Notes under the pieces: generated by a model
What the model saw: the letters and a program-made list of their open reading frames with translations, nothing else
The model's database searches: none
Told to the model about the DNA's origin: nothing
Program-made: the position numbers and the translations under genes
Source: Planctomycetota bacterium
GTDB lineage: Bacteria > Planctomycetota > UBA1135 > UBA2386
Assembly (NCBI GenBank): GCA_965228735.1
Contig: OZ245838.1
Span: 2,080,001 to 2,144,000, forward strand
Reading direction: 5' to 3'
DNA length: 64,000 nucleotides
Shown: positions 40,713-50,721 of the stretch, piece after piece
How the letters are laid out: each line of letters begins with the position of its first letter
Numbering within the stretch: the first letter of the stretch is position 1

Positions 40713-41912
40713 ATGAGCACGATCCAGATCCAATGTGACAACTGCGGCGCCAAGTACAAGCTGCCGGAGTCCTTCTCGAGCCCGAAGGCCAAGTGCCAGA
40801 AGTGCGGCAGCGTCATCGACGTCGCGAGCCAGCGCGCCGCCGCCGAGGCCGGCGACTCGCCCGCCGCGAGCACGCCGGCGGCCGCCGCCAAGCCCGCCGC
40901 CGCGGCGCGTCCAGCGGTCGATCGCAGCAAGCAGACGGCCGGCGCGCGCGGCGCCAAGGCCGCGAGCAGCAAGACTGGCGCCGCCAAGGCCGGCGGTCGG
41001 GCGAGCTCGCGCCGCCGCGGCGGCGGGGACGACGGCGACGATGGTGACGGCGGCGGTCGCGCCGGCCGCCGCGGCCGCCGCGAGCCGGAGAAGAAGAACA
41101 ACAACGCGATGATCTTCGGCGGCATCGGCCTCGCCGCCGTCATCGTCGTCGTGCTCGTCGTCGTCATGACCGGTGGCAACGGCGAGAACGGCAACCAGGA
41201 GAACACGGCCCAGAACAGTGGCACCCAGAACAGTGGGACCCAGAACAGTGGGACCCAGAACGACAACGCGGCCAAGCCCGCCGACGACAACGGCGCCGAT
41301 TCGGGCACCGGCAACGACGACGCGAGCAAGCCCGATGCGGGCAGCAAGCCCGAGGACGGTGACGCCGGCACCGGCAAGCCCGACGCCGGGGCTGCCAAGC
41401 CGGCCGAAGCGAGCACGCCGAAGCCCGACGTCCCGAAGAACGCCCCGCGCTGGATGAAGCTCAAGGTCAGCTCGATGGACGAGGTCGATCTGAACTTCAC
41501 CGACGTGCCGTGGGATCGCCTCTCCGCCGAGGACCAGGACAAGTTCAAGAACCTCGCGGCCGACTACGCGGCCGGTGGCCGCCCGGGCCTCGACGCCCAG
41601 AAGGACCTGCAGGAGAACCCGTACGAGGCGATGTTCGGCCTCATCGACTACCTCCGCGGGCTCGACCACACCGATCCGTTCGAGATGAGCCAGGCCTACC
41701 CGATCAACCGCTTCATGACGGAGATCACGCACGGTCTGTCACCGGGCTTCGTGCCGGTCGCGATGGACGAGACGATGGATCCGCGCAAGGCCGAACACAA
41801 CGCCGACACCACCCGCGCGTGGCTCAAGTTCTTCGATCAGCACCCGGACAAGGCCACGTTCGAGAGCAAGAACGAGGAGCGTCGCAAGGCGATGCTCAAC
41901 AAGGACAAGTAG
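40713..41912 (+). CDS. MJ0042-like zinc-ribbon, single-TM hypothetical protein
   Basis: IQCDNCGAKY...KCQKCG, disordered linker, TM segment, (QNSGT)x3 repeat at 41211-41255. Confidence 0.8.
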   Translation: MSTIQIQCDNCGAKYKLPESFSSPKAKCQKCGSVIDVASQRAAAEAGDSPAASTPAAAAKPAAAARPAVDRSKQTAGARGAKAASSKTGAAKAGGRASSRRRGGGDDGDDGDGGGRAGRRGRREPEKKNNNAMIFGGIGLAAVIVVVLVVVMTGGNGENGNQENTAQNSGTQNSGTQNSGTQNDNAAKPADDNGADSGTGNDDASKPDAGSKPEDGDAGTGKPDAGAAKPAEASTPKPDVPKNAPRWMKLKVSSMDEVDLNFTDVPWDRLSAEDQDKFKNLAADYAAGGRPGLDAQKDLQENPYEAMFGLIDYLRGLDHTDPFEMSQAYPINRFMTEITHGLSPGFVPVAMDETMDPRKAEHNADTTRAWLKFFDQHPDKATFESKNEERRKAMLNKDK

Positions 41913-41915
41913 CCC

Positions 41916-42491
41916 CTGTCGACGCCGCCCCCACTGCCCGAGACCGAGCCGGCGGGGTCCCCGCCGCGGCGGCGTTCGTTCTGGCGCACGCCCGCCGGCA
42001 TCGTCGCCGGCGTGCTCCTCGGGTTCGGCGCGCTCGCGCTCGCCGGGCTGGTCGCCATCGGCGTCGCGGCGGAGATGGGTTACCTGCCGCCCACCGCGGT
42101 GGTGGAACGCGCCAAGCTCCGCACCAGCGTCGTCGAACTGCTGCGCGAACACGGCATCCTCGAGCCCGGCGAGACGGTGCGCTACTACTACAGCACCGGC
42201 TTCCTGAGCTACCTCGAGGACGGCAACATCGTCACCGACCGGCGGGTGATCAGCTACTGGCAGCCGCTCGGCGAGACGGCCATCGAGGTCGCCGCCGCGA
42301 CCTACGCGGAGATCGCGGACGTCGCGGTCGACTGGGGCGATTCGTTCCTGGACGACACGGTCATCACCGTGACGCTGCGCGAGGACGAGAACGGCATTGC
42401 CGGCGAGATCGAGCTCTGGGCCAGCACCGAGGATGGCGGGGACAAGAAGTTCCACGCCGAACTCGAACGGCTGTGGGCCCAGCATCGCTGA
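41916..42491 (+). CDS. Membrane-anchored hypothetical protein (possible CTG start)
   Basis: The track starts at 42012, inside the hydrophobic segment; the frame is open back to CTG 41916, with AAGGA upstream. Confidence 0.65.
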   Translation: MSTPPPLPETEPAGSPPRRRSFWRTPAGIVAGVLLGFGALALAGLVAIGVAAEMGYLPPTAVVERAKLRTSVVELLREHGILEPGETVRYYYSTGFLSYLEDGNIVTDRRVISYWQPLGETAIEVAAATYAEIADVAVDWGDSFLDDTVITVTLREDENGIAGEIELWASTEDGGDKKFHAELERLWAQHR

Positions 42492-42547
42492 GCCCAGAAT
42501 CGCGGAGTCCGCAGCCCTGAATCCTGGGCCGCCGGGCCGCCCGCGGT

Positions 42548-45500
42548 TCACTGCACCGTGTGCATCACCCGCTGGTTGAGCGCGGACAGCTCTTCGAACT
42601 CGGCGTGCTCGACGATCTCGATCACGAGGTCGTCGCCCGGTGTCACCGCGACGAACAGCGGGAACGTCACGACCACACTCGATGGGTCGAGCCCTTGCGG
42701 CGCCGGCACGACCGGCAGCACGGCGCCGCCGATCAACGCGCCGTTGCGGTAGGCGAAGACGCGCGAGTTGTAGCTCAGCCCCATCGCGGCCGGGTCGTAG
42801 TCCGCCGTTCCGAGGTTGTGCACGGTCAGGGTCATCGAGCCGGCCGCCACGTCGACTTCGACGGTCTCGGGGTTGAGCGCGAGATCGACCTGAGCGCCCG
42901 GTGAGCCGGGCGCGGCGGCCACGAACCGCAGCTCGCAGACGACGTTCGTCCGCGCCGGCAGCGCCGGCACGTCGATCGCGGTCGCTCCCCGTCGCACGGT
43001 CACGGGCGTCGATTGCGGCACGCCCGCGACCGGACCGTCGATGATCTGGTCGCCATCGTTGTCGACGCCGATCTCGAGCGTGTAGTCACCGGCGGGGTAG
43101 CCGCCGCGCACGAACAGGGTCAGCTCGGTCGATGGCAGCGATGTCATGCTGTAGACCAGCGCCCGCATGCCGAGGTCCCCGGCGGCCGTCAGCGCGGAGT
43201 CCGCCTCCGTCACGACGAGGGCGACATCATCGAGCCGGAGCGCGCCGCCGGAACGGTCTCCCCAGGAGATCGGCGCGCGGTTGCTCGTCTCGAGCGCCCC
43301 TCCGCCGGCGAGGACCTGGGTCGTGAAGAGGGCGGGCACATCGACCGTCGCGCGATCGGTGTAGGTGACCCAGTCGGTCGCGAGCGGCCACAGGACCTGC
43401 CAGTGCGTCGCGCCGTGCGCGAGGGTATTGGTGACGACAGTGAGGTCCTTGCCGTTCCCCGGGCTGGCGGGCGGCTGCGCAAGCAGGCCGGTATACGCGT
43501 CCTCGGAGAGCGCCAGCAGACCGTCTACGACCATCGCGTCGTAGATCGCGGCGACCTCGATCGCGAGTTGCCCACGCATGCGCAGCGCGAGCCGCGACAT
43601 GGTCGCCGCGAGCCGCTGCGCGACCCACTCGTCCGTCCCCTGGTTCGGGGTCGAACCGACTGGCGGGATGTTGTTCGCCACGAACTCGATGGCCGAGTAG
43701 AGCGCGCCGAACATGCGCTGACGCTTGACGGGATCGGTTTCCGCGTCGGCCGCCATCGCGATCATCGTGTAGATGCCGTCGACGTAGTAGTTGATGCCGC
43801 CCGACAAGCTCGGCACGGTGTACCAGTTGCTCGTTCCGATCGCCCCGGTCGAGGGCTGGAACCCCGGCGGCGCGATTCCATACGGCTTGGTCGTGCCCGT
43901 CGACCCGAGGGTCGGCCCGGTGCTCATCGCCGCCTCGGCCCAGACGCGACCGAGTTCGATCAGGTACCGTTCCGCGGTCTCGTTGCCGGAGTAGGCGACG
44001 AGCTCGAACGAGGGCAGCAGCGCCTTGGTGATCAGCGTGCCCGTGAAGTCGTCGCTCTGCTTGACCCGGTAGGCATCGAAGTGCCACGCGGTGAACGTGC
44101 GACCGACGTAGCCCGTGCCGTAGGGGATCGTCCACGACTCGTCACCGGGCGGATCGTTGCCGAGGGCGTCGCGCTGATCGACGTTGCGCGTGAGGCGCAT
44201 CGCGAGCTCGACGTAGCGAGGATCGCCGAGCCGCGTCGGCATGAGGAACGACAGCGGCAGGCTCGTGTGCTCCGAAGCGTGCTCGACATCGTTGATCCCC
44301 AGCGCCCCGGCGTCGTAGTAGTAGCCCTGGTCGAGGTCGACGGTCGCGTTGGGCCCGCGCATCGTGAGGTCGAGGAGACCGAGGGTGAACGCCCGCACCG
44401 GATCGGCCGCATCCTCGATGCGCGAGACGAGCAGACGCCCGAGGCCGGACGCCAGCTCCACGTCGTCACTGTCGCCACCGCCGATCTCACCGACGCCGAA
44501 CGCACCGATGCTGAACTGCCGGCGCTCCCGCCACCAGTTGCCGAGCGACCAGCCGAGACGGGCCATCCGGTGCGCGGCACCGGCCCAGGCCGGATCGGAC
44601 GGCAGATCGGCCGTCGCGATGCGATCGGCCCACCAGGCTTCGTCGAAGTCGTTGCCCGGCGGCATCGCGCCGTCGTAGGGCTGGATCCAGCGCGGCTCGG
44701 TGCTCAACGGGTCGACGTAGTTGCGGACGAACCACGTCACCGTTCGCACGCCGTGCGCCTTGGGAAAGAGCAGGTCGCTGCTCGCCGGATCGACCCGCGG
44801 CCACAGCGCATCGAACAGCGCGAGACGGTAGTGGTTCCAATCCGCGAACTGCGCGTGGAAGTAGACGTTGCGGCCGAGTGTCGCGCGCGCGATCCAGGCG
44901 CGGCTCTTGGCATGGAACGGGCTCGGGAACGCGGCCGCTCCGGCGACGTCGGCGACCACGTCGCCATCGACCTGCGTGAGCAGCGCTTCACCCGTGCAGA
45001 GACTGGCGAGCAGCCGGTTCTCGTACTTCTGACCGGCGCCGAGGCTCGTGTAGTAGGTGTCATCGAGCGGGAACTCACCGTTGCTGCCATCGCCATGCTC
45101 GTAGCCGCGCGCGAGCACGCGATGCGCGCCCCGGCGGAAGTCGCGAACGTCGAGCAGCAGCGAGTGCACGCGCGCGTCCCCCGGCAGCTGCGACTGCAGA
45201 CTCACGAGTTCGGCCGCCAGCGCCTCGAGCCGCGCCGCGTCCCGCGGATAGCCGTTCTCGAACACGAACCCGAGGTCCTCGTCACCGCGCAGCCAGCCGA
45301 GCCACCAGGCCCGGGCCCACGCCACGGCCAGCCGCTCGTTGGCGTTGCTCGGGACCGCGTTCTCGAGGTCCGACCACGCACCGTCGTAGTCCGGCGTGCT
45401 CGCGTTGATCTTGTCGAGCGCGGACTGCACGAGCGCGTTCATCGCGGCCGAACCCTGCGCGACGAGCTTGTTGCTCGCAGGATCGAGAACGACGGGCACG

Positions 45501-46168
45501 GGGTTCGCCAACTCGACGACCTCGAGTCCGAGCACCGGCGTGTCGAGCAGCGGGTTCGCGCCGTTCTGGAACTCGAACACCAGATCCTGGGCGGTCGTCG
45601 CGTCCACGACTCGCGAGAAGCGCCGATAGCTGCCCCACGACTCGTCGAAACCGGCTTTGCGAGTCGGCTGCCGCGCCGCGGCTCCCACCGCGAACGCGCT
45701 GCCGTTGAGCAGCACACCGAGCTCCTCGATCGGCGCGCTGCCGCCGTTCTGCGCGGCGGCGTCGTTGTAGGCCCGACCGACGACCAGGCGGATCTGGTAC
45801 GTGCCGTCCGCCGGCACGTCGACGCGGAACTGCATCGCCGCCCCGGATTCGATGCCGTCGACGAGCAGGGCATCGGGCAGGTTCCGCAGCTGCTCGGGCT
45901 CGATCGATGGCACCGAGAACGCCGTCTGGGTGGTGAGGAACCCGTAACCCGTGGGCGCGCCGTAGGTGTCCGTCGGACCGACGGCCGTGAATCCGGCAGC
46001 GATCGTCTGACCGGTCGGGCCGAAGTCGAGTCGGACCGACCACGGCGGCAACGGGACCGGGGTCTTGGGGTTCTGCGCCGCCGCAGACGTAGAGAACGGG
46101 AACGAGAAGAGAGTGAGCGCGAGCACGGGTGCAACGCGACGCACTCCGAACGGAGTCAGTCGTGTCAT
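42548..46168 (-). CDS. Large secreted multidomain protein, possibly carbohydrate-active
   Basis: Signal peptide AAA-Q; N-terminal DFGP...GF..V...YG...GYGF resembles a galactose-binding-like module; C-terminal VHNLGT...E.SALN resembles a CARDB/Ig-like domain. Confidence 0.7.
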   Translation of the reverse strand: MTRLTPFGVRRVAPVLALTLFSFPFSTSAAAQNPKTPVPLPPWSVRLDFGPTGQTIAAGFTAVGPTDTYGAPTGYGFLTTQTAFSVPSIEPEQLRNLPDALLVDGIESGAAMQFRVDVPADGTYQIRLVVGRAYNDAAAQNGGSAPIEELGVLLNGSAFAVGAAARQPTRKAGFDESWGSYRRFSRVVDATTAQDLVFEFQNGANPLLDTPVLGLEVVELANPVPVVLDPASNKLVAQGSAAMNALVQSALDKINASTPDYDGAWSDLENAVPSNANERLAVAWARAWWLGWLRGDEDLGFVFENGYPRDAARLEALAAELVSLQSQLPGDARVHSLLLDVRDFRRGAHRVLARGYEHGDGSNGEFPLDDTYYTSLGAGQKYENRLLASLCTGEALLTQVDGDVVADVAGAAAFPSPFHAKSRAWIARATLGRNVYFHAQFADWNHYRLALFDALWPRVDPASSDLLFPKAHGVRTVTWFVRNYVDPLSTEPRWIQPYDGAMPPGNDFDEAWWADRIATADLPSDPAWAGAAHRMARLGWSLGNWWRERRQFSIGAFGVGEIGGGDSDDVELASGLGRLLVSRIEDAADPVRAFTLGLLDLTMRGPNATVDLDQGYYYDAGALGINDVEHASEHTSLPLSFLMPTRLGDPRYVELAMRLTRNVDQRDALGNDPPGDESWTIPYGTGYVGRTFTAWHFDAYRVKQSDDFTGTLITKALLPSFELVAYSGNETAERYLIELGRVWAEAAMSTGPTLGSTGTTKPYGIAPPGFQPSTGAIGTSNWYTVPSLSGGINYYVDGIYTMIAMAADAETDPVKRQRMFGALYSAIEFVANNIPPVGSTPNQGTDEWVAQRLAATMSRLALRMRGQLAIEVAAIYDAMVVDGLLALSEDAYTGLLAQPPASPGNGKDLTVVTNTLAHGATHWQVLWPLATDWVTYTDRATVDVPALFTTQVLAGGGALETSNRAPISWGDRSGGALRLDDVALVVTEADSALTAAGDLGMRALVYSMTSLPSTELTLFVRGGYPAGDYTLEIGVDNDGDQIIDGPVAGVPQSTPVTVRRGATAIDVPALPARTNVVCELRFVAAAPGSPGAQVDLALNPETVEVDVAAGSMTLTVHNLGTADYDPAAMGLSYNSRVFAYRNGALIGGAVLPVVPAPQGLDPSSVVVTFPLFVAVTPGDDLVIEIVEHAEFEELSALNQRVMHTVQ

Positions 46169-46386
46169 GCTGAACCGACGGCATCACGGCGACGACCGTC
46201 ACGCGGTTTTGCGGACCGAATCGAGCCGAGCGACGCGGACCGCTCCCCCGCCGCGACCCAACGATCGCCGCCTGCCCCCCGATCAGCCCATCACTCCGCC
46301 GGTCGCCCCATTCACGCGCCCGCCGATGCCTCGGCGGCCGGTGGCGCGGGCCCCAACCCCGCGTCCATCCGGTATCATCGTCGATC

Positions 46387-48882
46387 ATGCGCGCAATCGT
46401 GTCGGGGCTCACCGTTCTCCTGACCGCCAGCCTCGCCGCTCAGTGCGACACCGAGTGGTTACCGGGAAAGGGCGTGCGTGGCGTCGACTTCTTCGTCAGC
46501 GCCTCGGTGCTCTGGGATCCCGACGGGTCGGGCCCGCAGTCCGAGCTCTGGGTGATCGGCGGCCGGTTCTCGATCGTCGGCGCGACGCTCGCGAACCACA
46601 TCGCGACCTACGATCCGGCAACGGACACGTGGGGCACGCTCGGCCAGGGCTTCGACCGGGAGGTTTTGAGCCTCGCCGTGTTGCCCAACAACGACCTCGT
46701 CGCGGGCGGCATCTTCCAACACGCCGACGGCGCGCCGGCGCGCGGCGTCGCGCGCTGGAACGGGTCCGGTTGGCAGCCGATGGGCGCGGGCCTCGACGGC
46801 TCGGTCCGCGCGCTCGCGGTGCGTGCGAACGGTCAGCTCGTCGCTGCCGGCTATCTGACGGGCACGGGCGGCGTGAACCTCAACAACGTCGCGTTCTGGA
46901 ACGGGACCTCGTGGTTTCCGGGGCTGCACATCCAGCTCGGCTCCGTTTCGTGCATGCAGGCATTGCCGAGCGGCGGCCTCGTGTTCGGCGGCTCGTTCGG
47001 CTACGCGGGCGGCAACCCGGTCGGCAACATCGCGATGTGGGACGGCAGCCACTGGTCGAACCTCAACGGCGGCTGCGTCGGCGTCGTCAGCGACCTCGAG
47101 TTCATGCCGAACGGCGACCTCGTCGCGGCCGGCAACTACACCGTCACGAACAGCCCTGGCGTGCGCCACCTGGCGCGCTGGGACGGCAGCCAATGGACCG
47201 CGCTCGGCTCGACCCTGCCCGCCGGCGCGATGACCGTGCGCAGCACCGGCGAGCTGATCGTCAGCGCCGATGGCTTCCAGTTGCCCATGGGCCAACACAG
47301 CGGTTTCGTCGCGTTCGACGGCGCCACCTGGACCGCGATCGGCGGCCCGATCGAGCTCGCAGCCACCGTCGCCGCGCTGCCAAACGGCGACCTGCTCGCC
47401 GGCGGCATCTGCGAGGTCGTCGGCGAACCGGCCAACGGCATCGCACGCTGGGACGGCACGCAGTGGCGGCCCCTTGTACGCGAAGGCTTCGATCGCGCAC
47501 CGTCGACCGTGACCACGCTGGCCAACGGCGACCTCGTCGTCGCCGGTGAGTTCCGGGTCATCGATCAGACGATGGCGCGGCGCATCGCGCGCTGGGACGG
47601 CAACCAATGGTCCGCTCTGGCCGCGGGCCTGGACGAGCCGCCGTGGGCGATGACGAGCATGGGCAACGGCGACCTCGTCGTCGCCGGCCCGTTCTTCGAT
47701 GCCGGCGGCCAGGGCATCGAACGACTCGCGCGATGGGACGGCGCGGCGTGGTCGGGCATGGGGCTCAACTGGCCCTATCCCTACAACTTCATCAACAACA
47801 TCATGAGCCTCGTGACGCTGCCGAACGGCGACCTCGTCGTCGGCGGGCAGTTCGGCTTCATCGGCAGCTCGACGGCGAGTGGTATCGCCCGCTGGGACGG
47901 CTCGCAATGGAGCGCCGTCGGCAACGCGCCGAGCTATGGCTTCCGGGCGCTTGCCGTCGCGCCGGACGAAACCCTGCACGCGGCGGGCTGGTTCCAGTTC
48001 AGCGGCGGCCCGACGCATGCCGTCGCGCGCTGGGACGGGTCGTCGTGGCAGCCGCTCGGGTCCCTCCTCGGCACGGTGTGGTCGATCGGATTCTTGCCGA
48101 CCGGCGAGGTGGTCGCCGGCGGCACGCTACAGGTCGGCGGCTCACCGCACGGCGTTGCCGTGTGGAACGGCACCGACTGGACCGCTCCGGGCGGCGGCGT
48201 GCCGCTGACCGGCAACCAGACGGTAAACGCGGTCATGGCGGTGCCGAACGGCGACCTGCTCGTGGGCGGCGACTTCGATTCGGCCGGCGGGGTTCAGGCG
48301 CGCGGGGCCGCGCGCTGGGACGGCACCGACTGGTCGGAGGTCGATCTCGGCACCAACGGCCCGATCCGCGCGATGACCCGGCGCAACGGCGGCAGCGTCA
48401 CCGCGGTCGGCTCGTTCACGACGGCGGGCGACACGACGTCGGCGTACCTCGCGACGCTCGCGTCGAGCTGTCCAGCGAGCATCGCAAGCAGCGCCCCGGG
48501 CTGCAGCGGCAGCGCCGGCCTCAACGAACTCACCGCGCTGAACCTGCCCTTTGCGGGCGCGACGCTACGCGCGCGGGCCTCGGGGCTGACGCCGACCGCG
48601 CTCGCGCTCGGCGTCTTCGGCCTGCAGACGACCTCGCTGCCGCTCGGGCAGCTCACGCCGCTCGCCGGCGCTGGCTGCACGCTCGCCGTCGCGACCGACA
48701 TCGTGAGGGCCTACCTGCCGGTCGGCGGCAGCTTCGAGACCGAGGTCGAGATCCCCAACGTCGCGGCACTCGCGGGCATCCAGGCGCACCAGCAGGTGAT
48801 CGCCGCGGAGCTCGACGCGCAAGGCGCAATCACAGCGGTCACGGCGACGAACTCGCTGAGCGCCACGATCGGTGCGTTCTGA
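46387..48882 (+). CDS. Secreted beta-propeller-type repeat protein with the shared C-terminal domain
   Basis: About a dozen (LP)NGDLVxxGxF...IARWDGxxW repeats; C-terminal GC...IPNVAALAGIQAHQQ...ATNSL. Confidence 0.82.
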   Translation: MRAIVSGLTVLLTASLAAQCDTEWLPGKGVRGVDFFVSASVLWDPDGSGPQSELWVIGGRFSIVGATLANHIATYDPATDTWGTLGQGFDREVLSLAVLPNNDLVAGGIFQHADGAPARGVARWNGSGWQPMGAGLDGSVRALAVRANGQLVAAGYLTGTGGVNLNNVAFWNGTSWFPGLHIQLGSVSCMQALPSGGLVFGGSFGYAGGNPVGNIAMWDGSHWSNLNGGCVGVVSDLEFMPNGDLVAAGNYTVTNSPGVRHLARWDGSQWTALGSTLPAGAMTVRSTGELIVSADGFQLPMGQHSGFVAFDGATWTAIGGPIELAATVAALPNGDLLAGGICEVVGEPANGIARWDGTQWRPLVREGFDRAPSTVTTLANGDLVVAGEFRVIDQTMARRIARWDGNQWSALAAGLDEPPWAMTSMGNGDLVVAGPFFDAGGQGIERLARWDGAAWSGMGLNWPYPYNFINNIMSLVTLPNGDLVVGGQFGFIGSSTASGIARWDGSQWSAVGNAPSYGFRALAVAPDETLHAAGWFQFSGGPTHAVARWDGSSWQPLGSLLGTVWSIGFLPTGEVVAGGTLQVGGSPHGVAVWNGTDWTAPGGGVPLTGNQTVNAVMAVPNGDLLVGGDFDSAGGVQARGAARWDGTDWSEVDLGTNGPIRAMTRRNGGSVTAVGSFTTAGDTTSAYLATLASSCPASIASSAPGCSGSAGLNELTALNLPFAGATLRARASGLTPTALALGVFGLQTTSLPLGQLTPLAGAGCTLAVATDIVRAYLPVGGSFETEVEIPNVAALAGIQAHQQVIAAELDAQGAITAVTATNSLSATIGAF

Positions 48883-49039
48883 TCGTTCGCGATCTGCGAG
48901 GCGCCGACCTGCGCCGATCGACGTGCTCGCCGAGCAGGATCGCGGATCGCCCTCGCGCACGACCAGGTCTCGTTCGGCACCTGAATGCTGCCGGCACCGT
49001 TCCTGCGCAGAGCGGCGTCGCTATGCTGTTCGCCCCCAC

Positions 49040-50500
49040 ATGACCGACTTCGCCCGCGACCTCACTCCCCGCGAGATCCAGAAGCGCCTGGACGACTACA
49101 TCGTCGGCCAGCCCAAGGCCAAGCGCGCGGTCGCCGTCGCGCTGCGCAATCGCTGGCGGCGCCGGCAGCTCGGCCCCGAGCTCGCGGCCGACGTGTATCC
49201 GAAGAACATCCTGCTCATCGGCCCGACGGGCGTCGGCAAGACCGAGATCGCGCGCCGGCTCGCGACGCTCGCGCGCGCGCCGTTCGTCAAGGTCGAGGCG
49301 ACGAAATACTCCGAGACCGGCTACCACGGTCGCGACGTCGAGTCGATGGTGCGCGATCTCGTCGACAACTCCGTCGCGCTGGTGCGCGCCGAGAAGGTCA
49401 AGGAGGTCGAGGCCAAGGCGACGCAGGCCGCGAACGATCGCGTGTTCTTCGCGCTCGCCGAAGAGGAGGGGCTGCACGACTACCAGGGGCTCGTGGGCGA
49501 AGGCTACGGCGATGATGACGACAACGACGGCGAGCCCGAGATCTGGCGCGCGCGTCCGCTCGACGGCGAGACGCCCGGCAACGTCGGCGGCAGCGAAGAG
49601 CTCGCCCAGCGCGAGCAGCGCCGCGTCGTTCTCAGAAGCGACCTCGAGGCCGGCAAGCTCGATGACCGCGTCATCGAGATCGAGGTGCAGGACAGCAAGA
49701 CGCCGACGCTGTCCGTCATGGGACCGCAGGGCAACGAGACGATGGGCATCGACGCCCAGGCCCTGCAGGAGATGTGGGGTCGCGCGCCGGGCAACCGCAT
49801 GAAGGTGCGCAAGCTCACGGTCAGCGAGGCGCGCGCGATCTGCCATGACGAGGAAGCCGACAAGCTGCTCGACCAGGATCAGATCGTCGCCGAGGCGCTC
49901 GACCGCGCGCAGAACGACGGCATCGTGTTCGTCGACGAGATCGACAAGATCGTGAGCTCGGGCGGCAGCGACGGCCCGGACGTGTCCCGCGAGGGCGTGC
50001 AGCGAGATCTGCTGTCCGTCGTGGAGGGCTGCGCGGTCTACACCCGCTACGGTCACGTGCGCACGGATCACGTGCTGTTCCTGTGCGCCGGCGCGTTCCA
50101 CTTCCACAAGCCGAGCGAGCTGATCCCCGAGCTGCAGGGCCGCTTCCCCGTGCGCGTCGCGCTGCAGTCGCTCACCGAGGCCGACTTCGTCCGCATCCTG
50201 ACCGAGCCGAAGAACGCGCTGACGCGGCAATACGTGGCGCTGTTCGACACCGAGGGCGTGACCCTGAAGTTCACGGCCGATGGGGTCGAACGCCTCGCCG
50301 GCGTGGCGTTCCGGGCCAACAAGACGACGCAGGACATCGGTGCCCGGCGGCTCATGACGATCCTCGAGAAGTGCCTCGAGGATCTGTCTTTCGACGCCAG
50401 CGAGCGGCGCGGCGAGACCATCGTCATCGACCGGTCGGTGGTCGACGACCGGCTCGGCGAGTCCGGCGATGACGAGGACCTGATCCGCTACGAGATGTAG
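49040..50500 (+). CDS. hslU: ATP-dependent protease ATPase subunit HslU
   Basis: Motifs TPREI, ALRNRWRR, PKNILLIGPTGVGKTEIARRLA, GIVFVDEIDKI, VSREGVQRDLL, PELQGRFPVRV and IGARRL. Confidence 0.95.
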   Translation: MTDFARDLTPREIQKRLDDYIVGQPKAKRAVAVALRNRWRRRQLGPELAADVYPKNILLIGPTGVGKTEIARRLATLARAPFVKVEATKYSETGYHGRDVESMVRDLVDNSVALVRAEKVKEVEAKATQAANDRVFFALAEEEGLHDYQGLVGEGYGDDDDNDGEPEIWRARPLDGETPGNVGGSEELAQREQRRVVLRSDLEAGKLDDRVIEIEVQDSKTPTLSVMGPQGNETMGIDAQALQEMWGRAPGNRMKVRKLTVSEARAICHDEEADKLLDQDQIVAEALDRAQNDGIVFVDEIDKIVSSGGSDGPDVSREGVQRDLLSVVEGCAVYTRYGHVRTDHVLFLCAGAFHFHKPSELIPELQGRFPVRVALQSLTEADFVRILTEPKNALTRQYVALFDTEGVTLKFTADGVERLAGVAFRANKTTQDIGARRLMTILEKCLEDLSFDASERRGETIVIDRSVVDDRLGESGDDEDLIRYEM

Positions 50501-50510
50501 CGGGCCCCGC

Positions 50511-50596
50511 CTCCCCAAGGGCCCGGACCAGCGCCCCGGCTCCCCAACGGCCAGTCTCCCCAACGGCTGGGTTCCCCAACGGCTGGGCTCCCCAAC
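50511..50596. repeat. Intergenic 16-nt-period repeat (CTCCCCAACGG core)
   Basis: Cores at 50540, 50556, 50572 and 50588, plus a degenerate copy at 50511. Confidence 0.8.
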
Positions 50597-50721
50597 GTTC
50601 CGGCTGCCCGGCGGCGCCGGGCCCGCCCCGAGGCGGATTTCCGGGAACGGCAGCCCCGGACCGCCCTACCATCCGCCGTTGCGGCCTAGGCGGCCGCGGC
50701 CTATCGCTCGATGGAGGCCCC

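Noticed and set aside
41910..41918. Possible TAG read-through (pyrrolysine) fusing two in-frame ORFs
   Set aside because: No supporting context; the upstream protein ends naturally and re-initiation at CTG is simpler.
50511..50596. Possible CRISPR array
   Set aside because: The period is only 16 nt, with no unique spacers and no cas genes.
50640..50685. Autoregulatory ECF promoter (GGAAC...CGTT)
   Set aside because: The spacing between the candidate -35 and -10 elements does not fit the usual 16-17 nt.
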